Source: an archaeon
Lineage (GTDB): Archaea > Nanobdellota > Nanobdellia > Woesearchaeales > GW2011-AR9
Assembly: GCA_002688265.1 (NCBI GenBank)
Contig: NZCK01000007.1
Coordinates: 104,739-168,738 of the forward strand
DNA: 64,000 nucleotides
Direction of reading: 5' to 3'
The notes under the pieces were generated by a model. The model did no database searches, was not told the DNA's origin, and worked only from the letters and a program-made list of their open reading frames with translations. A program made the position numbers and the translations under genes. This document shows, one piece after another, positions 1 to 9,143 of the stretch (positions are counted from its first letter, which is position 1; each line of letters starts with the position of its first letter).

Positions 1-182
1 GTTCAAACTCTTGCTATTATATAAAGATTTCTGCTTGATTGTTACTTTCCAGTAGTTCTTATTTGCTTCTTGAAATGTGTTTGAATGTGAATTAATATGA
101 ATAATAGGATGTTTTTACCTCATTTTAAGTTTGAAAAAGAAAAAAAAAAGAAAAAAAGCAAAGAGGGTTGTTTTTTGGTAAT

Positions 183-1232
183 TTATTCAGTCTCCAAAGA
201 TACATCAACAATTTCTGGTGGCATGTTTACATCCACTACAGTAATTGTAACGCTTTCTTCAACTAAATCTTTACCATCATCTACTGTAACAGTTACTGTA
301 TATTCGCCGTTTTCAGTAAATCCAATCTCCCAAACTCCGTCGTCTCCAACTGGATCACTAATTGTAACCACAACTTCGTCTCCATCAAGGTCTTCGATGT
401 TTAGATCTAAAGTCACAGTCTCTCCTTCAGACACTTCTAAGTCTTCTAGGCCACTGATTATCGGTAGAACATTCACATCTTCAATGCTTAAGGTGAAAGT
501 TTGAGATGTCTCTAATTCTCCGTCACTAGCAGTTACGGTAATCTCATACTCCCCTGCACTGGTGTGATCAGTTTCAAACACCCCGTCTTCTAAAGGTGCA
601 GAGATTGTGATGACCATTGAATCCCCATTAGGATCATCTACACTTGGTTCAAAGACAATTTCGTCTCCTTCTGCGTAAGATAGACTAGTAAGTGTATCAA
701 TAACTGGTGCCACATTTACTCTGTTTACAACCAATAAAACTAATTGTTCTACAGTAAAGACACTATCAGTTGCAGTTAAGGTAACTTCATATTCTCCAGC
801 ATCCCCATAATTGGTTTGCCAAACTCCCTCATCACTTAGCGGTTCGCTAAAGTAATAGGTTACTTCATCTTCATCAGGATCAGTAATAATAGCAGTTAAA
901 TCCACTAATTCACTTTCATCCACTTCAATTGTGATTGCATCAGATAAGTCAGTTGTAGTTTCTTCAACAACTTCTTCTACCACTTCTTCAGCTGCTTCTT
1001 CAACTACTTCCTCTGCTTCAACTGTTTCTTCTAAATCTTCAGCTTCTTCAGTATCTTCAACTTCTTCTGCAGTCCCTTCAACTGTTTCCTCTTCTCCTAC
1101 GTCTGCATCGACATCAGCTAATTCATCGTCAACTAATTCTACTTCTTCAGCTGGTGCATCATAAGTTACACAGCTTGCTAGAAGTAATGACATGATGATT
1201 AGCGCTCCGAGCAGCATTACTTTTATTTTCAT
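183..1232 (-). CDS. secreted, very acidic lipoprotein-like protein with three Ig/cadherin-like repeats
   Basis: ORF 183..1265. I prefer the ATG at 1232: MKIKVMLLGALIIMSLLLASC is a signal peptide plus lipobox-like Cys, with an AGGGGG SD about 8 nt upstream. An E/D/V-rich linker follows, then three ~90-aa repeats closed by VNVAPVI, VNVLPII and VNMPPEI. Confidence 0.6.
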   Translation of the reverse strand: MKIKVMLLGALIIMSLLLASCVTYDAPAEEVELVDDELADVDADVGEEETVEGTAEEVEDTEEAEDLEETVEAEEVVEEAAEEVVEEVVEETTTDLSDAITIEVDESELVDLTAIITDPDEDEVTYYFSEPLSDEGVWQTNYGDAGEYEVTLTATDSVFTVEQLVLLVVNRVNVAPVIDTLTSLSYAEGDEIVFEPSVDDPNGDSMVITISAPLEDGVFETDHTSAGEYEITVTASDGELETSQTFTLSIEDVNVLPIISGLEDLEVSEGETVTLDLNIEDLDGDEVVVTISDPVGDDGVWEIGFTENGEYTVTVTVDDGKDLVEESVTITVVDVNMPPEIVDVSLETE

Positions 1233-1412
1233 GTTTAATTCCCCCTCTTTGCTTGTAATAAGCATATTTGTCCTGTTTTAGGAGAAAAAATCCCTTTTAA
1301 ACATTTGGAGACTGCAATGTATAGAATTAAGTGTGTTCAGTAGAGAGTATATACTTTAGAGAGTTGATCAAAAAGAAAATTTAAAAGAAAAATAATTAAT
1401 TTAGAAAATGAG

Positions 1413-1528
1413 TGGCCCCGCCGTGATTTGAACACGGGACCACCCGATTTCAGTCACTAACGTTCCGAACAGTTTTCGGTGCCGCCAATGTATCAGTCGG
1501 GCACTCTACCAGACTAAGCCACGGGGCC
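1413..1528 (-). tRNA. tRNA-Ile(GAU) with a ~42-nt intron at the canonical 37/38 position
   Basis: The reverse complement reads GGCCCCG-UG-GCUU..GAGU-G-CCCGA-CUGAUA[intron]A-UCGGG-UGGUC-CCGUG-UUCAAAU-CACGG-CGGGGCC-A. The cloverleaf is complete once 42 nt are removed. The intron contains a CCGAA/UUCGG hairpin. Confidence 0.75.
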
Positions 1529-1659
1529 ATAGGATTGGTTAATGATTGGAAGTTATTTTTAAAGCTTTCTGATGATGTTAGTCAAAGAAAGTTCAAAAAC
1601 ACTTGGTTTTTGTAAGTTACTGAAATTTAAGGAAAAAAAAGTGGGGAGAAAAAAGAAGC

Positions 1660-3849
1660 CTAAGCCCCAAGTGCATTCTCACTTAATCCTTTACGCTGCA
1701 CAATCTTCTTTCGAACATCAGCCTGCAATTCCATTGGTAACTTCTCAAACCTCTGAGAGATCAAAGAAGAAGTTCCACGGCCACCAGTTGCACTCCTCAG
1801 ATCATTACTCCAACCAAATAATTCTCCAACAGGCAATAGTGCAGTTACAATATTGAGTTCACCTTCTTGCTGCATATCTTGAAGTTGACCACGACGAGAA
1901 GAAATTAACTTACTAACTTCACCAACGTAACTATCAGGTGCTTCAATTCTAGTCATCTGCAATGGTTCATACAGAACTGGCCCTGCACCCATAACAGCAC
2001 CACGGATACCATCACGAACAGCAGGATACATCTGAGAAGGACCACGGTGTATAGCGTCTTCATGCAACTTACAATCCATCAAAGTGATTTTCATGTTTAC
2101 ACATGGTTCCTTTGCAAGTGGACCTGCTTTCATTACATCCTGAAACATGTCTAAAACTAATTCCATGATTTCATTAATCTGAACAATTCCACGAGTTCCA
2201 TCGATAAACATGTTTCCTTCAAAAATCCCACGAACATTGCTCGCTTCTTTAGTATCCCAACCACATTCATCACGAAGAACTGCAACCATATCGTTGTCTT
2301 TCTTTTTGTATCTACCAGGATTGATTTTACTGTCTCGAATTGCAGCAGCAGCTTCTTCATCCAAAGGTTCAGCTACAAAATACAAACGGTTGTGCTTGTT
2401 AGGAGACTTTCCTTCTGCTTCAGCACTTTCTTTAGTTACAGCTTCCCGATATACTACAATAGGTGGACTTGTTTTTACCTCTACACCTTTCTCTGATTTA
2501 ATCCGGTTCTCAATAACTTCAAGATGGAGTTCTCCCATCCCATGCATTAAATGCTCTCCTGTCTCTTCATTAATTTCAATCTGAACTGTTGGATCTTCCT
2601 TCTGAACTTGTCTTAAAACTTCAATTAACTTTGGTAAATCACTTGGTTTTTTTGCTTCAATTGCTTTACTCACAACTGGATCGAAAACGTGAGTGATTTT
2701 CTCAAACGGTTCAGCAGGACCACCACTAGTAATTGTTTCTCCTGGGATTGCTGCTTTACAACCAGCAATTCCAATAATATTCCCACTAGGAACGTTGTCT
2801 ACAATTTCTCGCTTAGCCCCATTGTAAATGAATACTTGCTGAACACGAGAAGGCATTTTTGCTTGATTCAAATATACTTGTTCTCCTTTTCTCATTGTTC
2901 CTGAGAAAAGACGACCAGCAGCTATTTCACCTGCTTGTGGATCAACTACCACTTTGGTTACAACGAAAAACATTTTTCCATTTGGATCACATTTTAACAA
3001 AGATTTTCCATCAGTACTTTCTTCGTCTCCATGCCAAATTTTCGGAACACGATACTCTTGAGCCACATCCGGACTAGGATGATGACCAACTACCATATCT
3101 AAAACTACTTCATGGAGTGGAGCTTTTTTTGCGAGAGCCTTGTAAGCATGATCATCGTCGCTAGAATAAGCGTCAATTACTTCTTTAAAACTAATCCCAT
3201 GCTTTTGCATGTAAGGAATACTCAAAGCCCAGTTATGAAAAGCAGAACCAAAAGCTACTGTTCCATCTGCAACATTAACTGTCCACTTCTCTTTGTCAGC
3301 TCCAGGAGTTAATCCACGGATAATTTTGTTAACATTAGAAATCTGTTTTACAAACCGATCTTGCATTTGCTGCGGAGTTAACTGTAATTCCTTAATTAAA
3401 CGATCTACTTTGTTAATGAACAAAACAGGTTTTACTCTCTCCCTTAATGCTTGTCTTAAAACAGTTTCAGTTTGAGGCATAACTCCTTCTGAAGCACAAG
3501 TTAGAGTGATTGCCCCATCTACTGCTCGCATAGCTCGAGTTACATCTCCACCAAAGTCTACGTGACCAGGTGTATCAATTAAGTTAATTAGAAATTCTTT
3601 TTCATCTATTGTGTGAACCATAGATACTGATGCACTATCAATTGTGATTCCTCTTTCCTGCTCATCTTCATGAAAATCAAGTTGCCGAGCTTTTCCAGCT
3701 AGTTCATCACTCATCATTCCAGCACCACTTAATAGGTTGTCTGAGAAAGTTGTTTTACCATGATCAATATGAGCACAGATTGCAATATTACGAATGTTTT
3801 TTTGATCCTTCATGATCCGCATTACACGGTCCACCATTTTTTCTGCCAT
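1660..3849 (-). CDS. fusA: translation elongation factor 2 (aEF-2)
   Basis: 729 aa. GTPase motifs AHIDHGKTT and DTPGHVDF, with full-length EF-2/EF-G architecture. Confidence 0.95.
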   Translation of the reverse strand: MAEKMVDRVMRIMKDQKNIRNIAICAHIDHGKTTFSDNLLSGAGMMSDELAGKARQLDFHEDEQERGITIDSASVSMVHTIDEKEFLINLIDTPGHVDFGGDVTRAMRAVDGAITLTCASEGVMPQTETVLRQALRERVKPVLFINKVDRLIKELQLTPQQMQDRFVKQISNVNKIIRGLTPGADKEKWTVNVADGTVAFGSAFHNWALSIPYMQKHGISFKEVIDAYSSDDDHAYKALAKKAPLHEVVLDMVVGHHPSPDVAQEYRVPKIWHGDEESTDGKSLLKCDPNGKMFFVVTKVVVDPQAGEIAAGRLFSGTMRKGEQVYLNQAKMPSRVQQVFIYNGAKREIVDNVPSGNIIGIAGCKAAIPGETITSGGPAEPFEKITHVFDPVVSKAIEAKKPSDLPKLIEVLRQVQKEDPTVQIEINEETGEHLMHGMGELHLEVIENRIKSEKGVEVKTSPPIVVYREAVTKESAEAEGKSPNKHNRLYFVAEPLDEEAAAAIRDSKINPGRYKKKDNDMVAVLRDECGWDTKEASNVRGIFEGNMFIDGTRGIVQINEIMELVLDMFQDVMKAGPLAKEPCVNMKITLMDCKLHEDAIHRGPSQMYPAVRDGIRGAVMGAGPVLYEPLQMTRIEAPDSYVGEVSKLISSRRGQLQDMQQEGELNIVTALLPVGELFGWSNDLRSATGGRGTSSLISQRFEKLPMELQADVRKKIVQRKGLSENALGA

Positions 3850-4138
3850 AGTTTTGATTCCTCGTGTTTGTTTTATCTTGTTTATTATAATATAATCAGA
3901 GTATCTTAAACACCCTGTAATAGACGAATTTTCAGTTGAGGTTTATATAAATCTTACGTAAATTTCTGTGAAATTTACGAACTTCATAAGCCAACACCTT
4001 ATGTAAGTTACGTAAAATCTTGGGGATTTTACTCACTTTGTAGATAGTTGTCCCAATAATTTCCTTAATAGAAGGTCTTAAAAAAAGGAAAAATGAAAAA
4101 AATAATATCATAAAAAGAAAAAAGAAAAGAAAAAATAT

Positions 4139-4714
4139 TTACTCTACCATTCGATAAATTAATTCTTCGTCAACACGAGGGTATTGATATAATTCGCTTT
4201 CACTAAACCATAACTTAATCTCTCTTGCTGCAGTTTCAGGTGCATCACTAGCATGAATTAAATTTTGAATTGGTCTATTTGCTTTGTCAGCTAAAGCATA
4301 ACTATCAATACTAAAGTCACCACGAATAGTTCCAGGTGCTGAAAATAAAGGTGCAGTATCACCAGTAATTGCTCTAACTTTATTTATTGCACCATGTCCT
4401 TCAAAAACAATAGCAATGGTTGGAGACATACTCAAATAAGATTTAAGTTGATTACGAATCCTAACACCAATCTCTCGTTCAGTTTCATCACTTGTTTTAC
4501 CTAACTTCACATACCCTGCTTTGGCTTTTTTTCCAACACTCATATACCAATCTTCATCATCTGCATAATGTTGGTTTACTAAATCTTCACTTGCATGAAC
4601 TAATTTCATTCCCACGATTTTTAATGTGGCTTTTTCAAATCTAGTGATTATTTCTCCACAAATTGAACGCTGCACAGAATCTGGTTTTAATAGAACTAAG
4701 GTTCTTTCAATCAT
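4139..4714 (-). CDS. ndk: nucleoside diphosphate kinase (long form with an internal insertion)
   Basis: N-terminus ERTLVLLKPD, later IRGDF and NLIHASD (catalytic His). It is the last gene of the conserved archaeal rpl7ae-rps28e-rpl24e-ndk cluster. Confidence 0.85.
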   Translation of the reverse strand: MIERTLVLLKPDSVQRSICGEIITRFEKATLKIVGMKLVHASEDLVNQHYADDEDWYMSVGKKAKAGYVKLGKTSDETEREIGVRIRNQLKSYLSMSPTIAIVFEGHGAINKVRAITGDTAPLFSAPGTIRGDFSIDSYALADKANRPIQNLIHASDAPETAAREIKLWFSESELYQYPRVDEELIYRMVE

Positions 4715-4723
4715 TTTTATTTA

Positions 4724-4839
4724 CCTCCAAATGGTTACGCGTAATCTCGAGCAAGCTCTCCTGACTTTGTTCCTCACGTCACAAAGCATTTGATACGCAA
4801 CGTGAGGCATGTGCTCCTTTTAGTCGCGTAGCCCCACAC
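4724..4839 (-). repeat. L1: G+C-rich structured leader repeat abutting the ndk start (copy 1 of 2)
   Basis: About 98% identical to 5802..5916 (2 substitutions and 2 small indels). On the minus strand it ends in GGAGG just upstream of the ndk ATG. Predicted helices are GGCUACGCG/CGCGUAACC, GAGCA/UGCUC and CCUCACGU/ACGUGAGG. Confidence 0.8.
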
Positions 4840-4910
4840 CACCACATTGTTTATTGTTTGTTTTTATAGTTGATTTAAAAAAAAAAATAATATTAATTTT
4901 AAAAAAAAAA

Positions 4911-5123
4911 TTATTTTTTTGTCTTTGACTTACTCTTACTGCGTTTAGCTTTCTCGTCTTGATAAAACTTAGTCCACTTAGTTGCAAGCGGTTTACGTTT
5001 TAGTTTGAGATAGTTTTTTTCACATTTAGAGTTCTTGAAATAGAGTACAGTACCGTCTTTCTTGACATACATTTTACCGGTACCCGGCTCCATTCTTTCT
5101 CCTGAAAAGCTACATGTTGGCAT
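4911..5123 (-). CDS. rpl24e: 50S ribosomal protein L24e
   Basis: MPTCSFSGERMEPGTGKMYVKKDGTVLYFKNSKCEKN is a typical L24e N-terminus. Position in the operon fits. Confidence 0.9.
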   Translation of the reverse strand: MPTCSFSGERMEPGTGKMYVKKDGTVLYFKNSKCEKNYLKLKRKPLATKWTKFYQDEKAKRSKSKSKTKK

Positions 5124-5151
5124 TGTTTTTCACCTGTTATAATAGTTTAGC

Positions 5152-5448
5152 TTAACGCTTCTTCCCTCGACGTCCGCCGCCAATTTTCTGCGCTTCAATT
5201 TCAGTATCTAACAACATTAAGATGTCTCCAACTCGAACTGGACCTTTTACATTCCTACGAATTGCTTTGTTCTTATCACGGCCATCTTGAATTAATGCCA
5301 TTACAGTTGTGAGTCCCCCACGGCTACCAGCACGCCCAAGGATTTCTTTAACTTCAGCAGGAGTAGCACTTGCAAAACTTGCATCGCTACTACTTCCAGA
5401 GTCTTTTCCTTTTTTAGTGCCTCTTGTGTTTCTTTCTTCTCTTGCCAT
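5152..5448 (-). CDS. rps28e: 30S ribosomal protein S28e (with an N-terminal extension)
   Basis: Core [44 protein letters not shown] matches S28e. It lies between L7Ae and L24e. Confidence 0.85.
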   Translation of the reverse strand: MAREERNTRGTKKGKDSGSSSDASFASATPAEVKEILGRAGSRGGLTTVMALIQDGRDKNKAIRRNVKGPVRVGDILMLLDTEIEAQKIGGGRRGKKR

Positions 5449-5462
5449 TTTGGTTTCTTCAC

Positions 5463-5792
5463 CTACTCTGCTTTAGATGCTTCGTTAATTTCTTTAATGA
5501 GTGCTTTTGCATCTCCTTCTTTGGTTACTGCAACTGCTGCACAACCAACTGATAAACCTACTGCTGCGCCCAGAGAATCTTTTTGAGGGATCTCTACACA
5601 AACAATTCCTTTTTCTTTAGCTAAAAGAGGTAAGTGCATTACAATTTCTTTTGGTGATACATCACCTGCGAATGCAACTAGTTTTGCAGTTCCACGTTCT
5701 AACGCTTTAGTTGCTTCATTACTTCCTTTACAAATTTTTCCGGTGCTTCGAGCAATTTCAATTGCTTCTAAGACTTTTGCTTCATCAGCCAT
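5463..5792 (-). CDS. rpl7ae: 50S ribosomal protein L7Ae (K-turn binding protein)
   Basis: Motifs [18 protein letters not shown] and [26 protein letters not shown]. Confidence 0.9.
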   Translation of the reverse strand: MADEAKVLEAIEIARSTGKICKGSNEATKALERGTAKLVAFAGDVSPKEIVMHLPLLAKEKGIVCVEIPQKDSLGAAVGLSVGCAAVAVTKEGDAKALIKEINEASKAE

Positions 5793-5801
5793 ATTACATT
5801 T

Positions 5802-5916
5802 CCTCCCAAATGGTTACGCGTAATCTCGAGCAAGCTCTCCTGACTTTGTTCCTCACGTCACAAAGCATTTGATACGCAATGTGCGGCATGTGCTCCTTTT
5901 AGTCGCGTAGCCACAC
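5802..5916 (-). repeat. L2: G+C-rich structured leader repeat abutting the rpl7ae start (copy 2 of 2)
   Basis: Near-identical to 4724..4839. On the minus strand it ends GGGAGGAAAUGUAAUAUG, where the final AUG is the L7Ae start codon. Confidence 0.8.
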
Positions 5917-6117
5917 TAAACCATTCATCATTGAAAATTGCACTTTTTTTTGCTTAGAAGTTGAAAACAGAATTTCAACCTCGTTGCAATGCAACTCATT
6001 GGTTCTTATTTGGCTTTTGCTGTGAGTTCTTTATAAATGTTTGGTAGGTTGTGAGCTGCGTTCCTAACTACAGTTCCAGAAGATTCTTAAACGATTTTTG
6101 TAGTGAAGTTGTTTGGT

Positions 6118-7947
6118 ATGTGTGGGATAACAGCATATGTAGGTGATGGGCAAGCTTACCCTTACCTTCTAAAAGGACTTGAACGGCTAGAATATCGAGG
6201 CTATGACTCAGCTGGCGTGGCTACTGTGAACAATGGCCAAGTGCAACTACACAAAACACCAGGCAAAGTCGAACAATTAAAATCAACAGTTTTGCCAGGA
6301 AAAATAGGAATTTCTCATACAAGATGGGCCACTCACGGGCCACCCACAAAAGATAATGCCCACCCCCATCTCTGTCAAACAAATTCTATCGCCCTTGTTC
6401 ATAATGGAATTATTGAAAACTATGCACAGCTGAGGGGACAATTACAAGAAAAAGGATACACTTTCAAAAGTGATACTGACACAGAAGTGTTAGTTCAACT
6501 AATGAATTATTATTACGGCAAAACCTACAACATGGAAATGGCCCTACGAAAAGCATTACATGATGTAGTGGGAGCCTATGGGATTGTAGCGTTTCACAAA
6601 GATGACCCAAGATTATATGCTGCACGCAAAGGAAGCCCCCTTGTAGTTGGAATTGGAGACAATGAAAATTTTGTAGCATCAGATCCTGCTGCATTTTTGG
6701 ATTCAACACGCAGAGTATTGTATTTAGAAGATGAAGACATAGCAGTTGTTTCTAAGAACGATTATGAAATCAAAAGTTTGTGTGTAGGTGAAGAAGAGTG
6801 CGTACACCGAACTGAAGAAAGTATTGATTGGGATTTGTCGTCTGTTGAAAAGAACGGCTTTGAACATTTCATGCTCAAAGAAATCATGGAACAACCTGAA
6901 AGTTTGAAACACTGTTTAGCTGGACGAATAGACTTAACAACGGGTGGGATCAAAGTTACAATTGATTTGCCAGAACATTTTGTCAAACGTTTGTCAAAAA
7001 TAAGCATCGTTGCTTGTGGAACCTCTTCTTATGCAGCTTACGTTGGAAAATATTTGATTGAGAAATATTCTAGGATTCCTGTTGAAGTTGATGTCGCATC
7101 AGAATGGCGTTACAAAAACCCAATCGTGGGGCCTGAAGATCTCGTGATTGTAATTAGCCAAAGTGGAGAAACTGCAGATACACTAGCTGCATTGCGTGAG
7201 GCAAAAAAACAGGGGGCACGAAGTCTTGGAGTGATAAATGTTGTAGGTTCTTCAATGGCACGCGAGGTTGACTCAGGTATTTACATTCACGCTGGACCAG
7301 AGATAGGAGTGGCATCAACTAAAGCATTCACAGGACAAGTTGTGGCTTTGAATTTTTTGGCGTTGCGCTTGGCTGAAATGCGTAAAGATCTGAGGCACGA
7401 AGAAGTTCTTTTGGCAATACAAGAGTTAGAAAAAACACCTGAGTTGGTTACTAGCTGTTTGAAAGAAGCACCTGAGATAAAAGAAGTTGCTTCGCAGATT
7501 AAAGACGCTAAATCTGTATTCTTTATTGGGAGAGGGGTTAATTTGGCAACAGCCATGGAAGGAGCTCTTAAGTTAAAAGAAATAAGTTATATTCATAGCG
7601 AATTTTTTCCTGCTGGTGAAATGAAACACGGACCAATTGCATTACTTGAACCAGGATTTCCCGTCGTTACATTTGTAAATAAAAATGATCCAATGTATGA
7701 GAAAAATTTAAGTTCGATTCAAGAAGCAAAGGCACGCGGGGCGTTTATTATTGCAGTGGCTGACCATGTGGATGCTGTACTGACTTCAAACGCTGATGCG
7801 ATACTGCATGTGCCAACTGTGCCAGATATTTTGCAACCAATAATTAATGTAATTCCTTTGCAATTACTTGCTTATTATGTAGCTTTGGCTCGCGGGTGTG
7901 AAATTGATCAACCTCGGAATTTGGCTAAGTCAGTTACGGTGGAGTGA
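6118..7947 (+). CDS. glmS: glutamine--fructose-6-phosphate aminotransferase (isomerizing)
   Basis: MCGI N-terminus with the catalytic Cys2, so I prefer the ATG at 6118 over the ORF-track start at 6103. Two SIS domains; C-terminal KSVTVE. Confidence 0.92.
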   Translation: MCGITAYVGDGQAYPYLLKGLERLEYRGYDSAGVATVNNGQVQLHKTPGKVEQLKSTVLPGKIGISHTRWATHGPPTKDNAHPHLCQTNSIALVHNGIIENYAQLRGQLQEKGYTFKSDTDTEVLVQLMNYYYGKTYNMEMALRKALHDVVGAYGIVAFHKDDPRLYAARKGSPLVVGIGDNENFVASDPAAFLDSTRRVLYLEDEDIAVVSKNDYEIKSLCVGEEECVHRTEESIDWDLSSVEKNGFEHFMLKEIMEQPESLKHCLAGRIDLTTGGIKVTIDLPEHFVKRLSKISIVACGTSSYAAYVGKYLIEKYSRIPVEVDVASEWRYKNPIVGPEDLVIVISQSGETADTLAALREAKKQGARSLGVINVVGSSMAREVDSGIYIHAGPEIGVASTKAFTGQVVALNFLALRLAEMRKDLRHEEVLLAIQELEKTPELVTSCLKEAPEIKEVASQIKDAKSVFFIGRGVNLATAMEGALKLKEISYIHSEFFPAGEMKHGPIALLEPGFPVVTFVNKNDPMYEKNLSSIQEAKARGAFIIAVADHVDAVLTSNADAILHVPTVPDILQPIINVIPLQLLAYYVALARGCEIDQPRNLAKSVTVE

Positions 7948-7961
7948 AGGCTCCTACGACC

Positions 7962-9143
7962 TTAACCTAAAATATTCTGTTCTCTTAGAAATTCCCCTAG
8001 TGTAATTTGATTATTCTTCCGATGAATAACCTGAGCTTTGATTTGTAAATCATTACAGAAATTCTTAATTTTATCTAAGACAGCTTGAAGTTTTTTTAGA
8101 TCTTTCTTCTCTTGGGTGTGAGAATAAACTTTTTTCTCAAGCATTAGCCCTATTTTCTCTTGATAGATTTCTGCGTTGGCAGCCATACTTTGAAAAGTAG
8201 GATGGTTAAACCCAAACCGTTCCATGAACTCTGACAAATAAGTTTCTCTTTGCTCTTTTGGAGGATCAAAAATTATCTCAAAGAACTTATCCGCTAACCC
8301 TTCCACCCTACGGAATAAAGATTGTTCATGATCTTTTTGACCAGCTCCAATCTTTTCAGCTAGCGCAGTAAATAATCTTGCCCAACCAAGATAATTATTT
8401 TGAGTAGCTTTTTGTTTTAACCGCCATTTCTCCTTTGGTGTTAAAAAATGAGATTTTTCAATAAAGGTAATTGTACTAGAAAATTCTGTTCCTTCAAACC
8501 AACCCCTGCCACCACCAGTAGTTACAGGATAACCTTTATTTTTTAGACGCTTACTAACAGCAGAAAGAAGAGTTTCTTCTTTTGGATAAGGAATAACCTT
8601 TGCTCTTCCAGACAAAGCTTCAAACTCTTGGTTTTTTGAGAAATATTCTTCTTCAGGAACTAAAATTTCAGCAGTTTTTGGAAGAGACAATTGTCCAATG
8701 ATCCAAGTGTCAACAGGGTTTAAACTAACTATTCTTTTTTTCATATCAATAAAAGGAACCAAAATAGCGTATTTACAACTCCATCTAAAAAACTTCCCAG
8801 CATTAACAACCCCTTTAACGGCATAATTTAAAGTGAAATGAACTGTCATTCGAGGATATTTAAGTTTAGAATCTTCAATTATTGCTTGCGCAGAAGAACT
8901 ATTAATGTTAAATAAATAATGGCCTGTCGGTTTGATTACTCCTCTTTTAGGAAAAGTGTTTGTTGAATGAATGGCCATTAGCATCCGATCATCCAAATTC
9001 TCAATGAAATATTCTAACATCGCAGCCTGATGTTTCTCTGCTTGCACTTCTTCAGATATTGCTTTTCTTCGTATTAACTCCTGCTGCTCTTCATGTTTAG
9101 CTAGATTGAAGAATTCTCTCATCTCTTTTCTGGTTAGAGTCAT
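7962..9143 (-). CDS. hypothetical protein (393 aa)
   Basis: Long clean ORF with no motif I recognise. Confidence 0.5.
   Translation of the reverse strand: MTLTRKEMREFFNLAKHEEQQELIRRKAISEEVQAEKHQAAMLEYFIENLDDRMLMAIHSTNTFPKRGVIKPTGHYLFNINSSSAQAIIEDSKLKYPRMTVHFTLNYAVKGVVNAGKFFRWSCKYAILVPFIDMKKRIVSLNPVDTWIIGQLSLPKTAEILVPEEEYFSKNQEFEALSGRAKVIPYPKEETLLSAVSKRLKNKGYPVTTGGGRGWFEGTEFSSTITFIEKSHFLTPKEKWRLKQKATQNNYLGWARLFTALAEKIGAGQKDHEQSLFRRVEGLADKFFEIIFDPPKEQRETYLSEFMERFGFNHPTFQSMAANAEIYQEKIGLMLEKKVYSHTQEKKDLKKLQAVLDKIKNFCNDLQIKAQVIHRKNNQITLGEFLREQNILG

Noticed and set aside
97-1164. Plus-strand ORFs 97..504 and 931..1164 (S/T-rich translations).
   Set aside because: They are antisense shadows of the acidic repeat protein gene (183..1232). 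Their low-complexity Ser/Thr runs mirror the E/D/V codons, and they have no start context.
5917-6117. A possible glmS ribozyme or riboswitch upstream of glmS.
   Set aside because: The glmS ribozyme is bacterial. This region is AT-rich with only small hairpins (GTTGAAA..TTTCAAC, GTTGCA/TGCAAC) and a TTTATAAA promoter box. I recognise no conserved ribozyme core.
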